A stretch of DNA of 64,000 nt, taken from positions 1 to 64,000 of the forward strand of contig JABCTZ010000001.1 in the NCBI GenBank assembly GCA_018238155.1, in the 5' to 3' direction. Shown one piece after another: positions 40,874-50,906 of the stretch (positions within the stretch are counted from its first letter, which is position 1; each line of letters begins with the position of its first letter). The notes beneath the pieces are model-generated. The model saw only the letters and a program-made list of their open reading frames with translations. It did no database searches and had not been told where the DNA came from. Origin of the DNA: Candidatus Heimdallarchaeota archaeon. GTDB lineage: Archaea; Asgardarchaeota; Heimdallarchaeia; JABLTI01. The position numbers and the translations under genes are program-made.

Positions 40874-42496
40874 ATGAAGACAATAAAGAATAAAAAGATA
40901 ATTTTAATCTCAATTTCATTAATTTCAGTTATTACAATATCAAGTTTTATTTTCATAGCTTTAAATTTTAGATGTAAAGATGAAATTTCACCTTTTGAAA
41001 CAGATTATATATTGCAAGGGAAAATTGTCTCGATGGAAAATGAAATGGGAATAATACCGTCAGGTAAAATATTGGTTAGAAATGGATTGATAGAAGCAAT
41101 ATGGGAAAGTAGCGCAAGCCCTCCAGCAAATATTGACATTACTGGTATTTCACTTATTGAGACAGATGGTATTATTTTTCCTGGTCTAATTGATACTCAT
41201 AACCACCCATACTATAATACAATTCCACTCTGGGATATTGATACATTATATTCTAATAGATATGAATGGCAAGCGGGAGATAATTACAGTCCAGATATTG
41301 ATAATCCCTGTGATATACTAATAAACTCGAAATATGCAGATTTAAGAACAGAAACTACCAAATATGCAGAAATTAAGGCATTAATTGGTGGAACTACTTC
41401 TATACAAGGGGCAGGCTATTGTGATGATGAATATAATTCTATACTGGTTCGAAATATTGATCATACAAATTTTGGCAAAGATAAAACAATGATGTTTAAT
41501 GCTCCTGTAGGTTCTTTGTCAGAAAGATCCATTCTTAATGCTCATAACAAAGGAAATCTCGATGCATTTTTCTTACATATTGGTGAAGGAACTGACGAAT
41601 TATCTCATAATGAATTTGATACCTTAAAGAATAAAGGACTTTTAATAGAACCATTAGTTGCTATCCATGCGTTAGCATTTAATAGAAGTAACTTTGAAGA
41701 AATGGCTTCCATTGGTGCCAAAATGGTTTGGTCCCCTACAAGTAATCTTATGTTGTATGGTAACACCACTGATGTGAAAGCAGCATGGGAAGAAGGTGTA
41801 ACGGTTGCTTTAGCACCTGATTGGTCTCCAAGCGGTGCAAAGAATATCTTAGGTGAATTAAAAATTGCTGATCAATGGAATATAAATAAACTTAGCAATT
41901 TCTTTAGCGATTACAATCTAACTCAAATGGTTACAACAAATGCAGCTGAGATTTGTGGGTGGGAGAATCTAGTTGGTAAAATTAAAGTAGGATTTCATGC
42001 AGATTTGTTAATTTTGGATGAATTTAATGATACACTTTCTCCTTACAGGACACTGATAGAAGCAATTGATTTCGATGTCAAACTAGTTATTGTTGAAGGA
42101 AATCCACTATACGGGTTAACAGAAATGTTTGATATTTTAAAACCTGACGATTATGAAACTATTGAATTTAATGGGTGGACTAGAGCTCTTGATATTACTA
42201 ATGAAGATGTTACAAATGGTTATCAGACATTTTCTTCAATAAATAATACATTAACTGATATTATGACTTTTGACCCAGAAATATTGTTTGGTTTTTTTGA
42301 TGGAGGAAAAAAAACACTTAGTGCATTTACTGATTGGTTAGCTGTTGAATTCTCAAGTAATCTTCACGCAATACCACTAGATCCGATTTATACTTACGGC
42401 GATTCAGTTTATTTTAATGCGATAAATTCTTCAGTCAACTTCAATAATAATTTTGATTGTAATTTAACGTCATATTATATACGTATACACACATAA
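40874..42496 (+). CDS. Membrane-anchored metal-dependent amidohydrolase
   Basis: PGLIDTHNH, LHIGEG, IHA, LAPDW, GKIKVGFHADL; N-terminal TM. Confidence 0.88.
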   Translation: MKTIKNKKIILISISLISVITISSFIFIALNFRCKDEISPFETDYILQGKIVSMENEMGIIPSGKILVRNGLIEAIWESSASPPANIDITGISLIETDGIIFPGLIDTHNHPYYNTIPLWDIDTLYSNRYEWQAGDNYSPDIDNPCDILINSKYADLRTETTKYAEIKALIGGTTSIQGAGYCDDEYNSILVRNIDHTNFGKDKTMMFNAPVGSLSERSILNAHNKGNLDAFFLHIGEGTDELSHNEFDTLKNKGLLIEPLVAIHALAFNRSNFEEMASIGAKMVWSPTSNLMLYGNTTDVKAAWEEGVTVALAPDWSPSGAKNILGELKIADQWNINKLSNFFSDYNLTQMVTTNAAEICGWENLVGKIKVGFHADLLILDEFNDTLSPYRTLIEAIDFDVKLVIVEGNPLYGLTEMFDILKPDDYETIEFNGWTRALDITNEDVTNGYQTFSSINNTLTDIMTFDPEILFGFFDGGKKTLSAFTDWLAVEFSSNLHAIPLDPIYTYGDSVYFNAINSSVNFNNNFDCNLTSYYIRIHT

Positions 42497-42783
42497 TTGT
42501 CAGTTATATTCTCAAGCATTACGCTTCTAATCGACAGAAAAAAATCTTCATTTATAGAGATGAAATCATTGGTCCTGTAATTTCGTCTCACTATTAATTC
42601 TTTAAACTCTAATCTACTAATAATTCTAGGGACAGTGGACTTGGATAAATCAGAAAGTCAATTAAAGATGTTTTGTAACTAGCCATTCAAATGATAATAA
42701 CAATCTACCAACATTGCTTTCTTACCATAAATTGTTTTGTTCCAACAGAACAAACCTATACAATCTTTCAGAAGTAGTGATCA

Positions 42784-43329
42784 TTACATGCTCGAATATT
42801 CCAATTTTGGTAGAATTATCTCTTTTAATTTCGAGATTTTTGGTTGAATCAGAATACGACAATACACTTGATTCGGATTTTTTTTGTAGTAATTTTGATG
42901 ATATTCTTCCGCTTTATAAAAAAGGTCAAGCTTCACTACTTCTGATACAATTGGTTTGCTCCATTTCTTCTGAGCGTTATTTATTGCTTGTTGGATTACT
43001 ATTTTATCTTCTTCAGCTGTGTAGAGAATAATAGAACGATATTGGCTTCCTATGTCATTTCCTTGTCTATTGATTGTTGTAGGATCATGCATTTGAAAGA
43101 AAATGTCAAGTATTGTTAGTAATGATATAATTGCGGGATTAAATGTTACTTTCACTACTTCTGCATGACCTGTGACCTCAGCACAAACTTCTTGATAAGA
43201 AGGATTATTCATTGTTCCACCTGCATATCCAGATATGACTTCCAATCCTTCAATTTGATGATATACAGCTTCAAAGCACCAGAAACATCCGCCACCGAGA
43301 ACAATAGATTTGCTATTTTTTTCTTTAAT
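42784..43329 (-). CDS. msrA: Peptide methionine sulfoxide reductase A (probable ATT start)
   Basis: In-frame GGGCFWC upstream of track start 43245; SGYAGG, GHAEVV, HDPT, RQGND.G.QYRS, AEEYHQNY; AGGTGA site 6 nt before ATT 43329. Confidence 0.92.
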   Translation of the reverse strand: MKEKNSKSIVLGGGCFWCFEAVYHQIEGLEVISGYAGGTMNNPSYQEVCAEVTGHAEVVKVTFNPAIISLLTILDIFFQMHDPTTINRQGNDIGSQYRSIILYTAEEDKIVIQQAINNAQKKWSKPIVSEVVKLDLFYKAEEYHQNYYKKNPNQVYCRILIQPKISKLKEIILPKLEYSSM

Positions 43330-43335
43330 ATTATT

Positions 43336-43341
43336 TCACCT
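43336..43341 (-). promoter_or_regulatory. Shine-Dalgarno-like AGGTGA upstream of msrA
   Basis: AGGTGA, 6 nt, then ATT; GGTGA also precedes the likely starts of the 48281 and 50758 ORFs. Confidence 0.55.
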
Positions 43342-43567
43342 AAGTAAAGAGTCTCTCTAATTTTCTTAAAGATACTTAATAACAAACTTTAGTCAAAACA
43401 GCTCTAGACTATTGAAAGCTATCTTTTTCATTATTTATATTTACTAATGTTATGAAATCATGCAAAAAAAGTCCCTAAAATAGCTCACTAGCTTAGATTT
43501 GACTGAACAAAAAATAGAAAGAAATTGAAAAACAAGAAAAGATAAAAACAATGAAAAAAGATTGCTT

Positions 43568-44083
43568 TTATCCATCATAATTCATTAGCAACATTTGGTC
43601 ATAATTTAGTAATGCAAAGTACCCACCGATTATCTTTGCCGCAGTATTATAGTCCTTTTTAGTGATTTTATTTATTTTGGGTATCTGGAGAACTTCCCCA
43701 AAAGAAAAGAGAGCACCAGCAAGATCTGCCTCAGCAAAAAGTCCTGGTTTCAACATTAAATGGAAAAACAATCTGTCGGTATGATTCTTCCTAAAATCCT
43801 CTGATTCTGGACCAGTAAAATTAGTAAGCAGAATTGAAATTGCTCGTAACAATCGTGCCATATCAACAAGATGAGTAATTTGGAAGTGTTTAATGAATTC
43901 CTCTGATAAACTCAAGTTACCATATTCTTTAGTGAAGAATTCCTTCGGTAATTTTTCTTTTTTAGTATTATTATAAGCAGAACCTGGCTTGAAAATCTTT
44001 TTCTTTCGTCTTTTAATAATAAACTCATTTGTTCCTGCTTTTTTGAGATATTCTTTTCCCTTATCATGATTAACAGTAAACAT
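43568..44083 (-). CDS. Hypothetical protein
   Basis: 171-aa ORF, no motif recognised. Confidence 0.55.
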   Translation of the reverse strand: MFTVNHDKGKEYLKKAGTNEFIIKRRKKKIFKPGSAYNNTKKEKLPKEFFTKEYGNLSLSEEFIKHFQITHLVDMARLLRAISILLTNFTGPESEDFRKNHTDRLFFHLMLKPGLFAEADLAGALFSFGEVLQIPKINKITKKDYNTAAKIIGGYFALLNYDQMLLMNYDG

Positions 44084-44239
44084 AAATAGGATTTAGTTAT
44101 TCAAATTTTTAAAGGTTATTTATTTCAAAAAGTCAAAAAATCGATTCATTTTTTTCATCAATTGATTTATTTTTGCCTTTTTTACTATAAATTATATCCG
44201 AGATAGTTTAATTAAGAGATATTTCTATTTCATTCTACG

Positions 44240-44711
44240 TTAAAAAAGAAATTAATTTTAAAATCCCTATTTATTATTTTTCTCTTCTCGTTTTTCATGC
44301 CTAATTTCACACAAAATGTTCGAGCAACTTTGGTTTTGGAAGAACCCGTCTTACAAGATGTTACAAGAACTTGGTCCGACATTTCTTTACTTTACGATAA
44401 TCATTATCATAACACAAGTGCTCTTGGAGAGAGGTCTCTGCGTTCAATAATATTGCCCCTCAATTAATGGATGTAGATATTATCGGTGAAAGCTTTTACA
44501 ATAAAGACATAAAAGCAATTAGAATAACCAATGAATTAAGAACACAGCAAAAACATTGGCTGTATCCCACCATCATGGTAGAGAGCAAATTTCGGTTGAA
44601 ATCGCTCTTCGTTTTATCATTTTATTATTGAACAGTTATGGAGATGATAGTCAAATAACTGAATATATTGATACTCAAGAGATATGTAACAACAGAAAAC
44701 AATGGAATTAG
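44240..44711 (+). pseudogene. Decayed secreted M14 zinc carboxypeptidase
   Basis: Stitched frames give a signal peptide, then YHN...IIGESFYNKDIKAIRIT...HHHGREQISVEIALRFI..LLNSYG.D..IT.YID..EI; at least three frameshifts and a 3' truncation. Confidence 0.75.
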
Positions 44712-44739
44712 TATCTTTGTAAGAAAATAGTGATACTAT

Positions 44740-45684
44740 TTATTTGCACTCAACTATTTCTGTTATTTTCTTTCTTTCTTCCGTAGGTAGAGGGTGCATT
44801 TGTTTGATAATGTTTGAACCCAGAGGAACACCTAGATTATCAGTAATCACTTGGCATTTTGTTCGAAGAATACAGAATGTTGGAGGGAAATCTAAATCAG
44901 GATATCTTACTAAATTGTTCAAAGTAGTCTCATAATTAGATTGTCCCTTAACAATCAATAAATCGGCATCTTTTAACAATTCTTTGAACCTATCTGATAC
45001 TTGATGGACGTTATAACCAAAAGATGAGCTTACAATAAAGGTTTCAGTCGCAGTAAAAGGAATCTTATCTCTTTTAAAATCATCTAGGGAACAATCATTT
45101 GCAACTGGTCCACCTTTTAATCCCAAATAGGTTTCTTTTTTCAAAGTTTTTACTAGTAATTCAACCATCATATTATCGATTACTACCTCACCACAATTAT
45201 CTGAAAGGTAAACAATTTTTTTTGCTTCTGTGATATAATCGTATAATTTCTGAAAATCGTTAATAGCCAAACCTTCATCTGGAAACTGGATAATTGTTCT
45301 TGCTATTTCATCTAAATCTACAGTATGTCCCCCTGTGCTGAAATCAACCATATTTGCAGCAATAGTGAAAAGGAATAATTCCCGGACAATGTTTTTCACC
45401 ATCTTTCCCTCAAAAGAATCAATAATTTTGGGAACAAGGTCTTGGAAGTATTTATTACTCTCTTTTTTTATTGCTAGAAATGGGTCACTGGTGCCTGTTT
45501 CTCGTGCAATTATAGAAAAAACCTCTGTAGAATAGTCAGGAAGTTTTATTTGATCAAATTCTTTTTCTGTTCTTTCAGTTATTTTTTTGAAAAGTTTTTC
45601 TCGTGATTCTATGTTCTCAGTTGAGAGGTCAATTGCACGTTGTGTGATTTCATTTAAACAAGCAAGGCATTTCTGATTTGGCAT
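44740..45684 (-). CDS. ARMT1-like / DUF89 damage-control phosphatase
   Basis: CLAC, DPF...K, ANMVDF, DNCGE, GPVAND, KGQSNYE, RTKC motifs. Confidence 0.88.
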   Translation of the reverse strand: MPNQKCLACLNEITQRAIDLSTENIESREKLFKKITERTEKEFDQIKLPDYSTEVFSIIARETGTSDPFLAIKKESNKYFQDLVPKIIDSFEGKMVKNIVRELFLFTIAANMVDFSTGGHTVDLDEIARTIIQFPDEGLAINDFQKLYDYITEAKKIVYLSDNCGEVVIDNMMVELLVKTLKKETYLGLKGGPVANDCSLDDFKRDKIPFTATETFIVSSSFGYNVHQVSDRFKELLKDADLLIVKGQSNYETTLNNLVRYPDLDFPPTFCILRTKCQVITDNLGVPLGSNIIKQMHPLPTEERKKITEIVECK

Positions 45685-45933
45685 TTGTACTATTTCTCAT
45701 TAAACCTTTTAAAGTTGGTTTTGAGATTCTGAAATAAAATAAAATAGCGTTTCAAAAGCATTATTAGTTATTTTAACATAAAAAAATTATACTAGTATTG
45801 AATAAGTCAGTTCCAAAGTTCAAATAGAATCCTTTGGAGAAAGGCAGAAATGAGCTAACTAATCAATCATATTGTTTTTGTCTTCTCAGATGTTTCCAAT
45901 AGTTTGATAATATATTTATAACAGCTTTCTCTT

Positions 45934-46851
45934 TTGTATTTTATGATAAATGAAACCAACCTCAAGAAACCGATTCTTTTCATTCTATCTACTTTTCTTA
46001 TAACCTATACTTGTTGGTGGATTCTTGTTGCGATTAGTACAAAAGGCATTTCCGAAAATGGTGAACCGTTGTTTATGGTACTCTATCTTTTGGGAGGATT
46101 AGGACCAACTGTGGGACCTTTTATAGCCATAGCATTAACAGACAGAAATTTCAAAGAATATGGAAAACGCTTGCTCAAATGGAAAGTTAACATTGGTTGG
46201 TATTTTTTTGCAATGTTTTTTATTTTAGTTCTCGAACTTGTCTCAATAGGTTTGTCTGCAATTGCTACTAAAGAATTTACATTGAACCTTGAAGAAAGAT
46301 GGTATATGTGGTTTGGCTATTTGGGCTTAATGCTAATTGGTGGAGGGCTTGAAGAGTTCGGATGGAGAGGTGTTGGGAATCATGAAATTGGTAAAAAGTA
46401 TAATTCAATCATTACTTCACTAGTAATTGGCATTATTTGGTTTGCATGGCATTTGCCATTGTTTTTTATTCCTGGCGTTTATCAATATCAAACAAGCATT
46501 TTGCTATTTGCTTGTTCAACAGTAGTATTTGCCTTTTTTCTAACCTTTCTTTACAACAATACTGGAAGTATTTTACTTTGTATAATAATGCATGTGTTTT
46601 CTAATGCTACCCATGCATGGGGCTTTAGTGTTGGAAATACGATTATGCTCACAGATCGAATAAGCCTTGAAGGGGTTATCGAAATAGGTGTTTTCTTTGT
46701 CGCAGGTATAATTCTGATAGTAATATTTGGACATCAATTCATGAGTAAAAAAGAGATACCCCCTTTTTTGACGAAAATAGTTACTGAAATAAAAAAAATT
46801 ACCACACATGATGAACAAATTGCAGCTGAAGAGAAAAATATTGAAGATTAA
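45934..46851 (+). CDS. CPBP family intramembrane glutamic endopeptidase (CAAX protease/Abi)
   Basis: EEFGWRG, WFAWHLP, MHVFSN motifs; multi-TM. Confidence 0.9.
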   Translation: MYFMINETNLKKPILFILSTFLITYTCWWILVAISTKGISENGEPLFMVLYLLGGLGPTVGPFIAIALTDRNFKEYGKRLLKWKVNIGWYFFAMFFILVLELVSIGLSAIATKEFTLNLEERWYMWFGYLGLMLIGGGLEEFGWRGVGNHEIGKKYNSIITSLVIGIIWFAWHLPLFFIPGVYQYQTSILLFACSTVVFAFFLTFLYNNTGSILLCIIMHVFSNATHAWGFSVGNTIMLTDRISLEGVIEIGVFFVAGIILIVIFGHQFMSKKEIPPFLTKIVTEIKKITTHDEQIAAEEKNIED

Positions 46852-46854
46852 CTC

Positions 46855-48204
46855 TCAAGCTTTCACACAATCATAGATAATGAAGAAAGGAATTCTATCT
46901 GCATCAAAGGCTATCGCTCGTGGATGTTTTCTAATATCTTCTATTGATGGTTTTGGTTCGATTATTTCTCTTATTAGAAAACCTGCTTTATTTAATGCTT
47001 GAGTATATTCTTGGAGCGTTCGATGAAATTGCCAAATAGGTTTTATGTTACCCCATGACACTAATATCGCTCCGGAATCGAAGTATCTGTCTATCATTGA
47101 AAATAATCGTTCCTCATTTCTAGGTGTATCAAATGGCAATCGGTAAAAGTATTGATTAAAGCTTCCAAATATTGGGTGGAGATTTGACCAAACGAATCTT
47201 CCTTTAGATTTCAAAACTCTATTTATTTCATCAAATGCCCTTTGATAATCTTGCACATCAACCATAACTACATTTGAAACAACAATATCAAAAGTTTCGG
47301 ATTCTATAAACGACATATCCGTTAAAGATCCTTTGTAATAATTACATCCTAATGGTTTCTCTTTCTCTTTTTTCTTACAGAACCCAATGAAATGTCTAGA
47401 GAAATCAATACCAACAACATTAGCTCCTTTCTTCGCTAATAAGCGTGAAAGATAACCATTTCCACACCCTGCATCTAATATTGCTAGTCCCTTTATGTCA
47501 CCTAATTGTTTCCATAAAGCAGGGTCAATAATGAATTCCCTACTTGCATCTCCCTTATCTTCTTCAATATTATCTAGATTTTTCAGCCAGTTCTGACTTG
47601 TTTTTTCCCATCTTGTCTTTGTTTCAGATAGATCAACCTGATCATCTTGCAGAATTTCTGAATGTAAATTCACGTTTCCCATCTCTTTCCAAACTGAATG
47701 CACTAAATTTTCTATTTTCAGTGCTTCTTCAATTGTTATTTCAATTCCTTTTCTTTCCTTAGCTGGCTTCCAAATTGGATCCCAAGGAAAACGAGTGTTG
47801 ATAATCGAATTTAGTGAATTTTCCTCATTGAATAATTTCCCTTTGTTGACTTGCCAAGGATGATTGCCCATGTACTCGGTATACAGAAGATCGTAGTGTG
47901 TTTGGTTACAATCATCACATTCGAAAGCATAAGCGTAAGTTTTATTCCAAAATTTTACCGGGTAGAAAGTTGGTTTGTTGCATTTACCACATACGACTTT
48001 GTTTGTTGTTGGGCACCAATAAAGAAAACTGAAATGAAAGAAATTGTTACACTCAGAACATTGAAATTTAGCATGCCAAATACAACGATGGACTAATCCT
48101 TCTGCACTATATTTTCCTTTTCTTAGAGGATAATCTTTTTCTTCCTTTTGAAAATCTTGACAATAGAAACATATGCTTCTATTCTTTGAGGATGGGATAT
48201 ACAT
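46855..48204 (-). CDS. Class I SAM-dependent methyltransferase with N-terminal Cys-rich Zn-binding domain
   Basis: ILDAGCGNG, GIDFS, RVLKSKG, HP, FHRTL; N-terminal CFYC, CIWH, CSEC, CGKC, CDDC. Confidence 0.85.
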   Translation of the reverse strand: MYIPSSKNRSICFYCQDFQKEEKDYPLRKGKYSAEGLVHRCIWHAKFQCSECNNFFHFSFLYWCPTTNKVVCGKCNKPTFYPVKFWNKTYAYAFECDDCNQTHYDLLYTEYMGNHPWQVNKGKLFNEENSLNSIINTRFPWDPIWKPAKERKGIEITIEEALKIENLVHSVWKEMGNVNLHSEILQDDQVDLSETKTRWEKTSQNWLKNLDNIEEDKGDASREFIIDPALWKQLGDIKGLAILDAGCGNGYLSRLLAKKGANVVGIDFSRHFIGFCKKKEKEKPLGCNYYKGSLTDMSFIESETFDIVVSNVVMVDVQDYQRAFDEINRVLKSKGRFVWSNLHPIFGSFNQYFYRLPFDTPRNEERLFSMIDRYFDSGAILVSWGNIKPIWQFHRTLQEYTQALNKAGFLIREIIEPKPSIEDIRKHPRAIAFDADRIPFFIIYDCVKA

Positions 48205-48280
48205 AAATGAACAGAATGCATTAAAGTATTAAATCTATTATTGATTCCGTTAGATATAGTTCCATTTACTAATTGCTCTG

Positions 48281-49330
48281 GTGAATATATTGATTGAAAT
48301 AACATTACTAGGCTTTCTTAAGGAGAGTATACCAGCTCAAAATAGAGATGCATTAGTTGGATTATTGCACGAATACGAGAAAGAGACTAATATTTATTCA
48401 ATTGAACGAACTTTTGTAGAGAACACATTCAATGCAACTATACCTTCTGAATTCAAAGAATATTGGGTACTAGTTTTTCATAATACTGAGATGATTGCTT
48501 TTGGGTATTGTTATTGGCAAATAAAATTTGAAAATTTGAATAAAGGATCAATAAGAATTTTTGTTAAAAAACAGTTTAGAAGAAAAAAAATCGGCTCTAA
48601 GGTACTAAATTTCCTTCTCAAAGAGATTGATGCTCAAGTAACTACTCAAACAATAATGGCTTTCGAAGGAACTGATGGAGAAGAATTTCTTAAGCAGCTT
48701 GATGGTAATTTAGTTTTTACTGAGCTAACTATTGCATCCAAACTCTCAGATTTTACTGATGAAGAAGTAAAGCAGAAAGTTAGGAAATCTGTTGAAGAAG
48801 CTCACAAAAAAGGATTCAGTTCTAAGTTTGTAGATACAGGAGAATTATTGATTCTTTCTGCCAATCAGGATTTTGTTAAAATGATCGAACGAAATTGGAA
48901 TGCTACTCCTATAGAAGATCAATCATCAGATGAAATAACAATGACATCAGAACGACTAATAGAGTCATTCAATTATAGAATTAAAAGAGGAGATCAATTT
49001 TTAACTGTTTTAGCAATTCATAATGAATCTGCTAAATTTGCAGGATATACAATGACTCGAGTAAATGAATATCAACCAAATGTTGGTTTTCAACATGATA
49101 CTGGAGTATTGGAAGAATATCGTGGAAATAACTTAGGCTTAACTATGAAGTACAAATTACTGCAACATTTGAAAAAAAATTCAAAAGTAGAATTTTGGGA
49201 AACAGGGAGTGCAGCAAGTAATATCTATATGCAAAGGATAAATGCTATTCTAAAACACAAACCTCTCAAAACGAAATTAGTTTTCGAATTTAAAAAGTCA
49301 AGTCTTCAAGAAAAAGTAGAGAATCATTAA
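48281..49330 (+). CDS. Tandem GNAT family N-acetyltransferase
   Basis: VKKQFRRKKIGS and TGVLEEYRGNNLG acetyl-CoA motifs; SNIYMQRIN. Confidence 0.85.
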   Translation: MNILIEITLLGFLKESIPAQNRDALVGLLHEYEKETNIYSIERTFVENTFNATIPSEFKEYWVLVFHNTEMIAFGYCYWQIKFENLNKGSIRIFVKKQFRRKKIGSKVLNFLLKEIDAQVTTQTIMAFEGTDGEEFLKQLDGNLVFTELTIASKLSDFTDEEVKQKVRKSVEEAHKKGFSSKFVDTGELLILSANQDFVKMIERNWNATPIEDQSSDEITMTSERLIESFNYRIKRGDQFLTVLAIHNESAKFAGYTMTRVNEYQPNVGFQHDTGVLEEYRGNNLGLTMKYKLLQHLKKNSKVEFWETGSAASNIYMQRINAILKHKPLKTKLVFEFKKSSLQEKVENH

Positions 49331-49376
49331 CACAATTTAGTATAAATTGAAGTTCTTCCAGTAAAAAAGAAATTCA

Positions 49377-49396
49377 TCATCGATTTAAATCGATGA
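49377..49396. terminator. Perfect 20-bp palindrome between convergent genes (bidirectional terminator candidate)
   Basis: tcatcgatttaaatcgatga equals its own reverse complement; A-rich on the left and T-rich on the right. Confidence 0.5.
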
Positions 49397-49435
49397 GTAG
49401 TCATTTGTTTGTTTTATTTCAACATTCAAGAAGAA

Positions 49436-50758
49436 CTACGATGTTGTGGGAAGTTTAAGGTCTTTTAATCGGAAATCGGCGAGTCTATATTGAACTCTGG
49501 TAGATTTTGGTTTCAATCTCTTGCTAACTAAAACACTGGCAAATATGATAGGTATAATTCCACCAATTGCAATTAAACTAGCAATATTCATACCACCTAT
49601 TACTGCTACTGTAGAAGACGCAAGTACATCTATTGATGTGTCTAAACCTAGATTCATTCCAAGTAGGCTAAGTATTTTCGGTACAAAGCTAGCAAGAATA
49701 CCAAAGAATGCCACAACTCGAGCATAATTAGGATCTACAACTTTTGCATCAAATTTCGTGGTGTGAAAGACCTTGCCTTCACTGATGAAGGAAATTTGTC
49801 CAATTATTTCTCCTTTTACAAATGGGGTTACATAGAACGTTACTTTGTCAGTTGTTTTGTTGAAATCAGTTTCAATTTCTTGAGGAACAACAATGCATCC
49901 CGGTAAAATAGGTCGAATTTTGACAATAGGGTTTTTTAATTTCACATCTAATTGTGATTGTGTTTGAATTTTCCGCTCACCAGTTAAAGGGTTAATAATA
50001 GGTGCTTTATCATCTTGCAATATATCTGAGATATCAAGTATGAGTGGATAGTAATTCTGAGGGTTCATTCGATCGAAATATTCCATAGAAATATGCTTCA
50101 AGTAATCCTTTTCATCAACAAAGGAAATTCTTTTTGATTCTTCCAGCATTTCTTTTGCTTGACTAGCTACTTTTTTCCTATAGCTTCGTTCTGGAATAGG
50201 TTGAGGTAATGCGCCACTCGTTTCTGGTATAGAAGGTTTAATTGGAATTTTATTTTCTGCTTTACTTCTGAGAAAGGCTGTTGTTGGAGTAGGAATCTTT
50301 TGCTTTTCTTTTGACTGATGTCTAAGTCCATCTTTGATGCCTGTAGATGTTTTTGAAATAACTTTTTCTTCTTCTTCAAATTCAAACTCATCATCTTCTG
50401 CTGTTTCCACTAATTGCTCTGACCCCTCCTCTATATAATTGAGAATAATGAAGAATAGTTTTTCCTCGGAAATCACTAATGATCCCGATTCGATATATTG
50501 TATTGGCAAATCAGTAATTCCAGCTTTCGATTGTAAAATACCAATTTCCTTTTTCCATGCTATTTCAGCTTCTGCAATAGATGAGTATTTCTTATTGATA
50601 TAAATCTTAATCATTACAGTCATTTGAGTTGGAATCTGAGTTCCTTCAAGCAACCAATATTTCTGAGTTTCTTCTAATAGAGATACAATGACATATTGTT
50701 GTTTTAAGGTAATTGTATCACCTTTATTGAATGGACAGCTAACCATTTTTATCACCAA
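49436..50758 (-). CDS. Membrane protein with kinase-N-lobe-like domain, disordered linker, beta-rich domain and 2 C-terminal TMs
   Basis: YVIVSLL...VMIKI...WKKEIGIL...FIILNYIEE; no HRD/DFG region; likely start ATG 50746. Confidence 0.6.
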   Translation of the reverse strand: MVIKMVSCPFNKGDTITLKQQYVIVSLLEETQKYWLLEGTQIPTQMTVMIKIYINKKYSSIAEAEIAWKKEIGILQSKAGITDLPIQYIESGSLVISEEKLFFIILNYIEEGSEQLVETAEDDEFEFEEEEKVISKTSTGIKDGLRHQSKEKQKIPTPTTAFLRSKAENKIPIKPSIPETSGALPQPIPERSYRKKVASQAKEMLEESKRISFVDEKDYLKHISMEYFDRMNPQNYYPLILDISDILQDDKAPIINPLTGERKIQTQSQLDVKLKNPIVKIRPILPGCIVVPQEIETDFNKTTDKVTFYVTPFVKGEIIGQISFISEGKVFHTTKFDAKVVDPNYARVVAFFGILASFVPKILSLLGMNLGLDTSIDVLASSTVAVIGGMNIASLIAIGGIIPIIFASVLVSKRLKPKSTRVQYRLADFRLKDLKLPTTS

Positions 50759-50906
50759 AAAATTTAGTATCTAAGCTAAGTTTACTTTCTATTTATCAAA
50801 AGAATTTGTATAATCATAAAGTTATTGCCCGTCAACAGCTAAAAATACTATGAATCTTGCAAGAGTGCCTTTTAAGAAAGAAAAGTAGTTTCTTAAGATT
50901 AAAGAT

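Noticed and set aside
25828-43341. TGA readthrough (selenocysteine or recoding) to explain ORFs lacking starts
   Set aside because: The TGAs fall within SD or ATGA contexts rather than at catalytic Cys positions, and many intact genes here end in TGA
45934-46851. CAAX protease plus methyltransferase as a Ras-type processing pathway for the GTPase
   Set aside because: The GTPase has no CAAX box, the genes are about 13 kb apart, and the methyltransferase is soluble class I, not ICMT-like
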